From Takakia lepidozioides (lineage: Eukaryota; Plantae; Bryophyta): DNA of 64,000 nt. The stretch spans positions 56,606,001 to 56,670,000 of the forward strand of contig CM060731.1 in NCBI GenBank assembly GCA_030704615.1. Reading direction: 5' to 3'. Made by a program: the position numbers and the translations under genes. The stretch's first letter is position 1. The number at the start of each line of letters is the position of its first letter. A model generated the notes under the pieces. It was not told the DNA's origin, searched no databases, and saw only the letters and a list, made by a program, of their open reading frames with translations. This document shows, piece by piece, positions 1-11,122 of the stretch.

Positions 1-33
1 CACATGTGGCTGCCTGCCAAGTTCAAATCACAC

Positions 34-3000
34 CTACATGGAAGCACAAAACAGTGTGTGGCAACGCACACAGTGTAGCCCCACCATGTCAGGAACCTTA
101 AGCTTCACAACGTTGTGTAACCTGTTGAAAGCAAGTTTATTGAACTTCAACAATTCCTTCTCAGTATAGGTGAGAGGTGTGCCAGTAACTTTGGAGCAGT
201 ATAGGTATTGCCAAGCTGTCTGCTCCTTATTAAAAATGTCGTCAATATGCCGTTTTTCATTGCTCAAGTTGTTCCAGGCCATGTTAAACCATGAACGGAG
301 TTGTGAATCCCTCTGTAACATGATTTTCACATCATATAAATACGTATGATGCGGCACCACAGGTAAGGTCCAATGATTTGTAGTGGAATAAGTCAGAAAT
401 CTGGACTGCATCTTCTGCTGCTCAATGTGGTAACGTGCAATGAAACAAGCAGTATAATAAATTCCACAACCCATGACCAAACTCGCTACTTCCTTTGTTT
501 TGGTGTGAATGTGCCCATGAACAACCTGGAAAGCAATTAACTCCTTCAACATGGTGCCTGCCTCAGACCAGTACCTTGAAAAATGATGATCCTCAATGAG
601 CTGATTCATTGCCAGAATCTTAGTCCGAGTGGCCACTGGCAACCAAATGCGCATTATTTGGTAGTAGTGTGGAAAGGATTGTGGAGGAAAAAAATTAATT
701 CCAAGCCAAATCCAAGCTATCTGGAATTTCATTGAAGGGCATGATCATTGCTCGGTTGTATTCCCGTGCAGCATGAGTCTTGGGTGGGTTGAAAGCAGCA
801 TTTCCCCATACCTCAGGCCGTGCAACTGCTGTCATAGGAGATTCAGTAACCTGTACAGCCACCTGCTGTGAAACTGGTTCTATTGGTGTTTCCACCACTG
901 GCATCCCCTGCACTTCTTGTGAAGAAGACTGGAAAACTAGAGTTCTGGCCCTCAAATACGCCTCCATGAGATGTTCTTCAGGAACCATGAGCCTTTGGTC
1001 TATGTTTGAACTCAAGTCCTCCACTTGAGTCTGCAGTGTATCCACATCCTCTTGGAGCTCTCCTATTCTACTATAGACATTGTCTATAGTAGTGGTGGCA
1101 ATATTCTGCACTTGCAGCCTCAGGTCATTCATCTCCCCCTGGGTGAGCATTCTCGGTGCTTTCCCTTCCACTGGCCCTTGTGCTAACCATACTTTTAAGA
1201 GTTGGTCATCCACTCTGTCCTGTGTAACACCTCTGAGACTCTGCTCCTCCTTGAGTCTGTAGGCATCTAACTGCTGTTGCAATCCTTGCATGCGCTTCTC
1301 ATGAGGTTCAACTAAATTGGCATAAGCTGCAACCAGATTATTGGCTTCCCTCGCTGCCTTGTTAGCTACAGAGAGTTGATTCCTATTCGCCATAAGGGTC
1401 TGTTGTAACTCCACAATGTACTTCTCCTGGTTAGCCTCAACCTGTTTGTATTGCTGTAAAGCACCCTCATTGTGACATATTGTATCTTTGAGGTCCACAA
1501 TGAATTTGGCTTGCTCCACTACCTCCGTTTCTGCCCTTACACATCGCTCCCTCTGCTGGTTGGCTTCTGTTGTGGCTTGCTCTAGAACATTTGTGAGGGT
1601 GGCACATTGCACCGTCATCCTTTGATGTACTACCTCCAACTCTGCATGTTGTTCCTTTAGTCCTTGCATCTCATCCTCATGCTTGTTCTGCAATTGGAAT
1701 AATTGCTGCTTGTGTATCTTGTGCAGATGGTCTTGCTCCAGACCCCCCTCAATCAATTGTTGCTTAGCAAATTACAGAGCATCCCTTGTTTCCCTCAACT
1801 CCTGTTGCAACTGCAGATGCACTTCCATCTCAACCTTGTTAACACACTCGGTTGCCAACCGATTTTCGAACTCTCTTCTGAGTTCCTCCTTCAGAACTTC
1901 CAACTGAGTCACTGGAACATGTGACTTCATGTAAGTTCCCAACAAATTGAGGGTTCGGCTTATGGAGTTCATCAGCATAGCCTGCTGAGGCCCATCATGG
2001 TTAACATGCTGCTGTTCACCCCCCTCATCCATAGGATGATGCCTCACAAACCACTCAGGCCACTGCTCCACCAGATCCTCCTTCTCAACTTCCTCATTTC
2101 TCCCAGATGCTGCTGTGTCCTGATGTTCCTCTTCTGGAACTTGTGGCGCTGGTGGGGGTATTACCTGCACATCAGGAAGTTCACTGGACAGATTTTGGAC
2201 CTCTGGCTCCACTCTCTCTCTGAGCAAACTAGAGTCTTCATAGAGAAGATCACCTCTCTCAATCTCTGCCACCACTTGCTCTGTAGTTGGAATATCTAAC
2301 CCTTCTGTTTCCAAATCTATTATTTGTGGAGGAACCGCATGGACCACTTGTGGTAACTCTCTGGCAAGCCGTTCACCTGGCTGTGATGGCTGTGATACTG
2401 AATTGACTTCCTATTCCCTCTCCACAGGTTGTGCTGTTTGTAACCCTTGATCTCTATGCTGCTGTACCCTCTCCTGCACAAGAGCTTGAGTAACTTCTTC
2501 CTCCGGCTGCCTTGTAGCCAATGGTTCGGCTTCCAACGTGATCCCTTTCCTCTGTCTTTTGGCCTGTTGATGCTCTGCCAATCCCCCTTCACCCTGTGAA
2601 GAACCTTGCTCTTCTATGGTAGTGGTTGTTATTTCAAACACTCCCATTTCCTTCATTTCTCTCGCATCAAGTACGCATGAGTCTAGGATGATTTGTGCAA
2701 TGACTGGCCCAGATACTACGATAGGAGATTTAGCGGCAGTTCCCTGCAATCTTTTCATCTCCTCTACCAATCCGTTGTACATGATGTTCTCCCATGCTAC
2801 CTCTTCTCCTCTCAGGCCTTTGAGTATTTCCTCTGTGAAGGATCTGCTCAAATACTGCTGGTTCTATTTCATGGCAAACAGAACGTTCAATATCTGGCCT
2901 ACTTCCCTGAGCCCTGGGTACACCGCTTTGGTACAAGCATAGCCTTGAGTTTTAAAGAAACTCCCTTCTTCAAACAAATCTTTCATCTGCAATCTAGCCC

Positions 3001-3292
3001 TGTGCTCGTCCACATGAACCTGACCTGCTGGTAATGAAAACAGTTGTTGTAGGTATAAGGGAGTAAGTTCTAATTCAACTCCCTTCACCATTGTGGCTCC
3101 TGTCTTTGGGTCAAAGTTCTGCAAGAATTCTAACATGTACTTCCGATGGTGCAATGTCCAATCTTTGTTTTGCAATCCTGGTAATCGCAGTTCCTTCAGT
3201 AACTTCACCGCGTATGGCGTCGCAATCGTCTGTTTCTGCAGGATTGTGGTGCTTTTTACCTTGATGTCCTCCATCCCTCTTACTCTCTTCAT
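34..3292 (-). pseudogene. Extra ORF downstream of pol (Athila env-like/plant-transposon-protein-like N-terminus, acidic linker, coiled coil), broken into 5 ORFs
   Basis: Collinear same-strand ORFs 2864-3292, 2411-2851, 1772-2347, 695-1756, 34-732 separated by single stops or frameshifts. LEFLQNFD..VKGVELELTPLYLQQLFSLP resembles the EF..N...V.G......I...L.LP pattern of plant retrotransposon extra ORFs. 695-1756 is Q/E-rich and coiled-coil-like. Confidence 0.6.
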
Positions 3293-3316
3293 TTTAGAGA
3301 AACCGTAAGGCTGTGG

Positions 3317-6300
3317 CTATAACAACTGAAGTAATGCCTGCAGAGCACAAAGCGCAAACGTATGATTGCCACAAAATGCTATGGGTAGTGTCCTGTAAAC
3401 CTGCGGGGCTTGCAAGCATTGATCAAGAGAAAAGTTACTCTCTGTTGTTCTGTTTCCTCGCCACTGCGTGAGTAGTATCGCGAGCGTATAATCTGCTAGT
3501 TCCCTCATAGCTTCAAAACTATCGCATTGATTGTCTGTCCCGTCGAGACGCCCGTTACTTGGAACGACTCCGACTCTTGCGCTCAGAATTCTTTCACTTT
3601 CTTGAAGTTGCTCCTGCTTCATGATTGGCTGTAACCGCTGTGACTGGATTTCAGAATTAATTTTCTTTAGTGGATTTTCCCTGCTGGCCTGTCCACTAGG
3701 ATAACACACGTGACAAGAAATTCGTTTTTCTGTACTCACCGTATGTTCCGTTACCCTTTTTCCGTATGCATTAATGGGCCCGCCATCCATCCTCTTTAAC
3801 GTAGTAGGTAGGTACTTTGACGGCCACTCCTGACCTTTTTCTTGATGACACTTGTTCTTGCAGCTCCTTCTCAGCTGTGTGTCACGGCCTGGCTTCCACG
3901 CGTCCACTTTTAAACTGACTTCCGCCCTTTTTTCCGCCGGCCATTTCCCTGATGTTATCCTTCGTCCACCTGTCACTAATCCTATGGACTGTGTAATTCT
4001 GATTGGCTGTGTGAGGCTGTGACAGGCTGTGCCGCCCTGTGCTAGGCTGTGCGCAACTGTGTGACACTGTGCTGGGCTGTGATAGGCTGTGTGACCCTGT
4101 GTTGGGCTGTGATGGGCTGTGTGACCCTGTGTTGGGCTGTGATAGGCTGTGTGACCCTGTGTTGGGCTGTGATGGGCTGTTTGACCCTGTGTTGGGCTGT
4201 GATAGGCTGTGTGACCCTGTGTTGGGTTGTGATAGCTATTTAAACATCTGTGTTTTCCGCTCCTCACCGGTTTAACGACAAGTATTCTATGCTCCGTTGG
4301 TGTTATTAGAACAGCCTGTAATTGCTCCTGTGGTTCTATATGCAAATCGTGCCTTAATGGCTTGTCATGGATACCACTGTATCTTTTCAACTTGTTGGCA
4401 TTGACCCTGCCCAGCATTTCTTTGTTAATGGTTTGTAACACGGCCGTGTTGTTATCATACATCTTTTGTATGATATAAGGTCCCTTCCATGGCGATTTAA
4501 GCTTAGAAGCCTTAATCTTTCCCTTCTTCTGTAACCACAAAACCAAATCTCCTGTTTTGAAAGTCTTCAACTTCCCTTCATCAAACTGATCCTTCCTTTT
4601 CATCTGTATTCTCGTCATGTTGTCAGCTGCATCAGCTCGTACTTCCTCCATATGGTATAATTCATGTTTCCTGACCTTAATTGAATCTTCCAATTCCATT
4701 CTTCTTCCCCATTCAGTTCTCATAGTAGGTAATAAAAACTCCACTGGAAGTAAAGCTTCCATACCATAAACTAATTGGAATGGTGTATACTTAGTGGTGA
4801 CTTTATATGAAGTCCTGTATGACCACAAAGCTGTCAGTAGCTTTGTATCCCAGTCTGTTCTGTTTGCATTGACTATTTTAGCCAAGATGGTACATAGTAT
4901 TTTGTTGGTAGCCTCTGCTTGTCCATTACCTTGTGGGTAATAGGTTGTACTTTTCCTATGCACAATCATGAACTCCTTAGTCAAGAGTTTTATGGTCTCA
5001 TTGATGAAGTGACTTCCCTGATCACTGATAAATTCCAGGGGACAGCCAAACCGTGTAAGTATGTTCTCATACAGGAACCTGGCTGTGGACTTAGCTGTGT
5101 TGTCCCTCAGAGCTTTAGCTTCCACCCACTTCGTAGTATAATCAGTAGCTGTAATTATATACTTGTTCTGTGTATTCTTGGCTGGTGGGTTTATTGGTCC
5201 AACAAAGTCCAGTCCCCATTTCTGAAATGGTTCAGTAGGCATTGTAGGATGCAAAGCCATCTTCCCAGACCTCTGCAATGGTCCTAGCCTCTGACACTCA
5301 TCACAAGTTTTACAATACTTGTGCACATCTTTGAACAAGGTAGGCCACCAGTAACCGGCAAGTAGTATCTTCCTACTGGTAGTCTCTTCTCCAAAATGGC
5401 CCCCTGCCACTCCTTTATGAACTTCTTCCAAAACTTTATCAACTTCATGGTGGTATAAGCATCGCTTCAGCACTCCATCTGGTCCTAGCTTATACATTCT
5501 GCTTCCTACCATAGTATAAGGTAAAGCCTTGATAGCAATTCTCTTTCTCTGCTCCTTCCCATAACTTGGTGGACATTGACCATGAGTAAGATAGTATCTG
5601 ATTGGCCATTGCCAATCTAACCAATCATCTGCACTTCCCTGCACCTCCACGGCAAATAAGCTCGCATCTAGTAATTGATCATCTACTCCTGTGGCTGGTT
5701 CACCTGTTGATAACCGTGACAAGTGGTCCGCCACAAGATGCAGCCTCCTAGGCTTGTAAACAACCTCAAACTCAAATTCGTGTAAGATTATCAACCATCT
5801 TGTTATTCTTCCGCTTATCAGAGGTTTGTTTACCAAGTATATCAAAGCTTGGTGATCCACATAGAACATAAACTTCTTACCCAGCAGGTAATGCCTGAAT
5901 TTCTTCACTGCATAGATCATTGTCAATGCTTCTCTTTCTGTTGTGCTATAATTTCTTTCAGCATTGTTCATTAATCGGCTAGCATAGTACACAGGTGAAT
6001 CTATCCTTCCTGTAACATTTTGTGCTAGCACCGCTCCCAATGCTTCTCCTGAAGCATCACAGTGAACATGGAACATTTCCTGCCAGTGAGGATTAATCAA
6101 TACAGGTGTAGTTGTCATTGACAATGTCAGTTCCTCAAAAGCCTGTTGACATTCATCTGTCCATGCAAACACTGCGTCTTTTTTTAAAAGTTTGCTCAAA
6201 GGTGCTGCCATCTGTGCATACCGTCTGACAAATCTTCTGTAGTAGCTGGTTTGTCCCAAGAATCTCCTTAGACTCTTAGCATTTACTGGAGGTGGGGAGG

Positions 6301-7150
6301 CTTTAATGGCCTCCGTCTTTATGGGATCCACTAGAAGTCCTTTTTTACACACTATGTGTACCCCTGAGTTCACACAGAAAGTACATTTCTCTGGATTCAG
6401 GCCCAGACCTCTCATCCTGCATCTGGCCAAGCACAACTCCAATTTATGCAAGTGCTCACTCTTAGAGCTATACACACTGAAATCATCCAAGAACACCTGC
6501 ATGAAATCATCAAGGTACTCCTGAAAATATTCACTTATGACTCTCTGGAAAGTTGCTGGTGCATTACAAAGTCCAAAAGGCATGACTTTGTATGCATAAG
6601 CACCCCAGTCTGTGATGAAAGCTGTTTTTCCTTGATCTTCCTCTGCCACCTGCACTTGATTATAACCACTGAAGCCATCCATGAATGAATACATCTCATG
6701 GCCTGCCACAGTGTCCAATACTGCTTCTGTGAATGGTAGAGGAAAAAGATCCTTCCTCGTACAAGCATTCAGCTTCTTGTAGTTCACACAAACTCTTAGT
6801 TTGCCATTTTTCTTGGGGACTATCACAATGGGTGACAACCAAGTTGTGTACTCTATCGGGTATATAAATTTAGCTTCAGCCAACTTTTTGATCTCTTCTC
6901 CAACCTTCTCTGCATAGTTGGGATTCATCCTGTATCTCGCCTGTTTAACTGGTATTGATCCTGGTTCCAGTTCAATCTTATGTTGACAGATCTCAGGTTG
7001 TATCCCCTTCAGATCCTCATAGCTCCAAGAAAATACATCTCTGTATTTAATGAACAGACTCTTTGCTTCCTCAAAGAATTTTGGCTCTAGATCCGCCCCT
7101 ACCTTCACCATCCTTGGTTCCTTCTCGGTTCCCACATTCACTTCCCTCAC
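3317..7150 (-). CDS. pol: Ty3/gypsy Pol: reverse transcriptase, RNase H, integrase, long C-terminal extension
   Basis: RT motifs (MDGFSGYNQ, MPFGLCNAPATFQ, FLDD), RNase H (CDAS, TEREAL, YVDH, ADHLSR), integrase HHCC and D..D..E (WGLDFVGP, SDQGSHF, NGQAE), GPY motif. Confidence 0.95.
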   Translation of the reverse strand: MREVNVGTEKEPRMVKVGADLEPKFFEEAKSLFIKYRDVFSWSYEDLKGIQPEICQHKIELEPGSIPVKQARYRMNPNYAEKVGEEIKKLAEAKFIYPIEYTTWLSPIVIVPKKNGKLRVCVNYKKLNACTRKDLFPLPFTEAVLDTVAGHEMYSFMDGFSGYNQVQVAEEDQGKTAFITDWGAYAYKVMPFGLCNAPATFQRVISEYFQEYLDDFMQVFLDDFSVYSSKSEHLHKLELCLARCRMRGLGLNPEKCTFCVNSGVHIVCKKGLLVDPIKTEAIKASPPPVNAKSLRRFLGQTSYYRRFVRRYAQMAAPLSKLLKKDAVFAWTDECQQAFEELTLSMTTTPVLINPHWQEMFHVHCDASGEALGAVLAQNVTGRIDSPVYYASRLMNNAERNYSTTEREALTMIYAVKKFRHYLLGKKFMFYVDHQALIYLVNKPLISGRITRWLIILHEFEFEVVYKPRRLHLVADHLSRLSTGEPATGVDDQLLDASLFAVEVQGSADDWLDWQWPIRYYLTHGQCPPSYGKEQRKRIAIKALPYTMVGSRMYKLGPDGVLKRCLYHHEVDKVLEEVHKGVAGGHFGEETTSRKILLAGYWWPTLFKDVHKYCKTCDECQRLGPLQRSGKMALHPTMPTEPFQKWGLDFVGPINPPAKNTQNKYIITATDYTTKWVEAKALRDNTAKSTARFLYENILTRFGCPLEFISDQGSHFINETIKLLTKEFMIVHRKSTTYYPQGNGQAEATNKILCTILAKIVNANRTDWDTKLLTALWSYRTSYKVTTKYTPFQLVYGMEALLPVEFLLPTMRTEWGRRMELEDSIKVRKHELYHMEEVRADAADNMTRIQMKRKDQFDEGKLKTFKTGDLVLWLQKKGKIKASKLKSPWKGPYIIQKMYDNNTAVLQTINKEMLGRVNANKLKRYSGIHDKPLRHDLHIEPQEQLQAVLITPTEHRILVVKPVRSGKHRCLNSYHNPTQGHTAYHSPTQGQTAHHSPTQGHTAYHSPTQGHTAHHSPTQGHTAYHSPAQCHTVAHSLAQGGTACHSLTQPIRITQSIGLVTGGRRITSGKWPAEKRAEVSLKVDAWKPGRDTQLRRSCKNKCHQEKGQEWPSKYLPTTLKRMDGGPINAYGKRVTEHTVSTEKRISCHVCYPSGQASRENPLKKINSEIQSQRLQPIMKQEQLQESERILSARVGVVPSNGRLDGTDNQCDSFEAMRELADYTLAILLTQWRGNRTTESNFSLDQCLQAPQVYRTLPIAFCGNHTFALCALQALLQLL
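4005..4235. repeat. 30-bp in-frame minisatellite (GGCTGTG core) in the pol tail, encoding HSPTQGHTA(Y/H) repeats
   Basis: Tandem gataggctgtgtgaccctgtgttgggctgt units visible directly. Confidence 0.9.
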
Positions 7151-7218
7151 CTGCTCATCAGCTGTGATTGTCCAACCAGTTACTATTTCATCCTGTAGAC
7201 TTACAGTGGCTGGTTCCT

Positions 7219-8399
7219 CTAGATATCAATCTCTCCTTCCCTTTCCTCATAAAAATGTGGTGGGTAACTATTTATTTCCTCCTCAATTGGGGTTGTTGTC
7301 ACTGCACCACAGTAGATACTTTTTAAACAACTCAGGCCTTCTAATTGCATCTCTGCAACCTGTTCCCACTCTGGGTGTGCAGCGTACAAAGTAGCTTCAT
7401 GTTCCTCATCCAGTCCTTCTTTCCAATCATACTCTCTGACCCCTCTTGGTCTTCTTGTAGCAGATAGTCTTTCAGATTTCTTAGTGGTGATTTGTATCTT
7501 GTTCAACCCATCCTGCACAGTCAGTAACTGTGAATTCCAATCATGAGACACCTTGCCCTGTTTCAGCCATGGTCTTCCCAACAATAAGGAATAAGCTTCC
7601 AGGACTTCATTCATCTTCAACACAGTTACTGTGATCTTAAAGATCATCTCTTGAATCTGGATTTTAACTCCTCTGATCAATCCCAATGGCTGTACACTCC
7701 TTTGGTCTGCCATGGTTACTGTAAATGGGGCTGGTTTCATGTTGTTTAGACCTAGCTTTTGCCTCAATTGGTCTGTCATGATATTCACACCAGAGCCTCC
7801 ATCTATCAGTACATCTGCCAGCTCTGTGCTTCCAATTCTCAACTGGATAACTGGCATAGAATCATCAAAATCCATGACTGTTTCCTTTCTGGCCTCACAT
7901 TATAACTGGTCACCTTGCTGTTCAGGTCTGTGTTCTCTGTCAAATGGGCAATCCTGTTGATTGCTTGATACAGCCTGTGTCTACAATAAGGTGCCACAGC
8001 TAATAGCTGTCCAATGGTAATTTCCACTTTGGACTGGCATATCACTTCAGCCAATGTCCCTTCCTTACCCTGCACTTCTGCAGCTTCCCTCTTTCCTTCT
8101 TCCTCACTGACTTCTTCTTCTCCTTCAGAGTCTGAGGAGTCTACCATGGGAATATCAGTACTCTTCTGCATTTCCCGTATGGTATCCGCCACTTCCTTGT
8201 GCAGTTCTTTCTCATCTCTCCAAGCCTCATCATCTTCGGGCACATCACTGCCATCTTCATTATCATCAACTTCATCTTTCACTGGAGGTACTAATTTGGC
8301 TCTGCTTCTTGTTACTATCATTGTACTCACTTCCGGTACAATACATGGCCTAACCATGTGGGCTGCCACTACTGGCCCCTCATTCCCAGGAGCTCTCAT
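7219..8399 (-). pseudogene. Gag-pol linker and aspartic protease (frameshifted)
   Basis: ORF 7219-7875 has VLIDGGSGVNIM and LLLGRPWL; ORF 7839-8399 has the ITIGQLLAVAP pre-protease motif. Confidence 0.85.
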
Positions 8400-8454
8400 C
8401 TCATTCTGGTGTCTGATCCAGAATGGTCAAACCGCCTTACGATGTCTTGCCTGA

Positions 8455-10356
8455 TTACAATAGTAACACAGTTCTTCTCCATTGGGTCGGTCCTCGCCCT
8501 TGGTCTGTTCTGGGATTATTTCTGTAATCCTGATTCCCTGGCTGGTAATTCCCTCTTGGATTACCCTGATAGCCACCCCTGGGATGTCCCTGGTAATTCC
8601 CTCTTGGATTACCTCTCCTTTCCATGCCATTGTTATAACCACCTGTCCTACCATAGTGGTCTTGATCATTGTTTCTTCTTGGCTGGGGTTGCACTTGATG
8701 CACCCTTACCTGCCTAGGCTCTCTTACTGCTGTTCTTCTGTTGTAGTAACAATTCTCAGTAGAATGGTTATCCATTTTACAGATAGTGCAGTGTTTCTCC
8801 TTCATGTGGCATTCAGTAGTGGTGTGGCCTTCATTCTGGCATTTTGCACACCAAACACCCTTCCTCCAATGTGTTGCAGCCTCTGTGGCATACTTTTTCA
8901 AGATTTCTTCTAATCTCTTCTCATAATTTTCCCTCTTCATCTTTTCCTTCTTTTTACTCTTCTTTCTATGCTCCATCTCCTCTTCTTCTTCTGACTCATC
9001 CTCAGAGTCCTCTTCATCTCTTTTCTCCTCCCTGAGCATTCCCAACTGCTCAATTCTGTTTGCTGTTTCAAATGCCTCCTCCACTGTATTGTGGGGTAAC
9101 ATGTCTACTTTCTTTTGCAACTCTGGACTTAGTCCATTCACAAACCAAGCCTTCTGCAATCCTGGTGCTGGTATAGCAGCCAACTTTTTCATCATCAACT
9201 CCATTTTCTCCATATACTCTTCAACAGTTTCATGCTTCTTCTGCTTCAGCTGTTGTAAACTCCCATACACTTCATCCTCAGTTTTACTGGTCCTGAACCT
9301 ATTTCGGAACGTTGTACTCAAGCCATTCCAGGTTAGGAAATGATTATCAGGGAATCTTGCATACCATTCACTGGCTTTCTTTATAAGTGAACACGGAAAC
9401 AGTCTCATCTTGGCATCATCGCCATTCTCATTGTTCACTATACACATGTGCTCAAATTGGCTAATGTGTACATCAGGATCCCCTTTCCTTGAATATATTG
9501 GAAAAGGTGGTTTAGCCCGTGTTGGTTGTAATGCCATCTGCGACCCTACACCCTGCCCCCTTACAGTTGTTGGCCCTTTGGCTGATGCTGGTCCCTGTGG
9601 ACCTGTAGTATTTGTGGTGGTTCTTCCACCAATTACTGGCCCCTGAGCCCTTCCTGCTCTTGGCCTTTCTATATTCACAGTATTCCCAGCCTCAGTTGCA
9701 CTACTTTCCACACTCCCTGTCCCCCCAAAGCCAGATCCAGGTCTTTCGCCTGATCCCTCTGAGCCGACACCTTCATTGGCCTGTGATCCAAGTGCTCCAC
9801 TTGATCCAGGTCCAACGGGTTGGGATGTCCTGGTTGTAGTCTCAACCTCAGCTGCTGGGTCTACTTCTTTATATTCCTCATCTTCAAATTGATTTTTCCT
9901 GTTTTCATCTTCCAAGTTCTGCCCTTGGTTTTCTTCTTCTTCACTCATGTAACTATTTTGTAATAATGTTGGAGAGTTTGAACTCTCCGCTGGTTCTGCA
10001 TCCTCATCTTTTGCTCCCGAAACTGGAGTTCCTGCTCTTGGTGTTCCATGCCAACTTTTATCAAAGATTTCTGCCAAATCTTTTATCCAGGGATGTACCT
10101 CAGATCTTTCACCTCGTGGTTGATCTTCTTCCTCTGCCAAGTCCCTTAATCTTTCTTGCAAAGAAAAAGAAGGTGTGGTATCCAACTCTAGCTCCTCTGG
10201 TATAGGTGATGTACTCCCTGATCTCAATGGTGTGAGAGGTCCAGATGATTCCCCAATGTCTATTCCTCTCTCCCACAGGTATGGATAATGAGCTTTCAGA
10301 TAACTTTCTCTTTTTGCTGAATATCTTTGGAGTCTAGCTTCTCTTTCATCACTCAT
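8455..10356 (-). CDS. gag: Gag (retrotransposon capsid domain + zinc knuckles)
   Basis: DPDVHISQF...FPCSL..KASEWY...TW..L...F..RF, LKQKKHETVEEY, WFVNGL; CAKCQNEGHTTTEC and CTICKMDNHSTENC knuckles. Confidence 0.9.
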   Translation of the reverse strand: MSDEREARLQRYSAKRESYLKAHYPYLWERGIDIGESSGPLTPLRSGSTSPIPEELELDTTPSFSLQERLRDLAEEEDQPRGERSEVHPWIKDLAEIFDKSWHGTPRAGTPVSGAKDEDAEPAESSNSPTLLQNSYMSEEEENQGQNLEDENRKNQFEDEEYKEVDPAAEVETTTRTSQPVGPGSSGALGSQANEGVGSEGSGERPGSGFGGTGSVESSATEAGNTVNIERPRAGRAQGPVIGGRTTTNTTGPQGPASAKGPTTVRGQGVGSQMALQPTRAKPPFPIYSRKGDPDVHISQFEHMCIVNNENGDDAKMRLFPCSLIKKASEWYARFPDNHFLTWNGLSTTFRNRFRTSKTEDEVYGSLQQLKQKKHETVEEYMEKMELMMKKLAAIPAPGLQKAWFVNGLSPELQKKVDMLPHNTVEEAFETANRIEQLGMLREEKRDEEDSEDESEEEEEMEHRKKSKKKEKMKRENYEKRLEEILKKYATEAATHWRKGVWCAKCQNEGHTTTECHMKEKHCTICKMDNHSTENCYYNRRTAVREPRQVRVHQVQPQPRRNNDQDHYGRTGGYNNGMERRGNPRGNYQGHPRGGYQGNPRGNYQPGNQDYRNNPRTDQGRGPTQWRRTVLLL

Positions 10357-10377
10357 GTCCCATATCTTTCATTTCTT

Positions 10378-10703
10378 TTAGTGTGGCAACAACCAAAATT
10401 CTCTCCTATAGTATCTCTCGTATATGCCTGGGTTTCTTTCCAGCTTCAATGTACCTCTGGCTATACTGGAAGTCTCCGTTACCATATAACCATATGGTAA
10501 ACAAGTCTGAAAAGCTGTTCTTGGTGTAAGTTTGATCCACAAGATATCCTTTGGAATCCAATTCTTTACCAATACAAGCTTCTCATGCATATGAGTGTAA
10601 ACATTCACTTTCCTTTCCTCCCAGCTTTCAAACTCTACCCGCTTAATAGATAGCAAGGCTATTACATAAACCAATGTTGGTAACCACCGTGCTCTTCCTC
10701 TAC
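10378..10703 (-). pseudogene. C-terminal half of an unknown ORF upstream of gag (split by MULE insertion)
   Basis: Removing 10704-21953 joins it in frame to 21954-22323: ...KIYQVACRGRARWLPTLVYV... Confidence 0.8.
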
Positions 10704-11122
10704 CAGCGTAACTACGGCGTGAGCCCAGCCCCGTGAGCCTGGGAGCTGAGCTCACGTTGTAGCTGCAAAGCGTGAGCTGAGCTCACGCTTCAAGGAAGCG
10801 TGAGCGGCACAAATTTGCTGGAGAAGCAGGTCCTATAGGCGAGGATTGCAAGAAGAGGGCCTATTACCGTGGACAAAACAAAGGGGGCCACCATGCACCA
10901 TGTCTACAATGCCTGCACAAAAAGAGTAATATGAAAATATGGCAGAATAGAGCTAAGGATGATTGACACACTCTATTTCAATTCACAGATAGACGCTTAC
11001 AATGAATGGCATGTGCATTTGCCCTGGTTCCGTGAACGAAATGTATGTGTTTGTCCTAAATGCAAAGTCTTCACACGGTAACCTTGAAACCAGCATGGGA
11101 AGTGGGCATGGCTCGTATGTGT

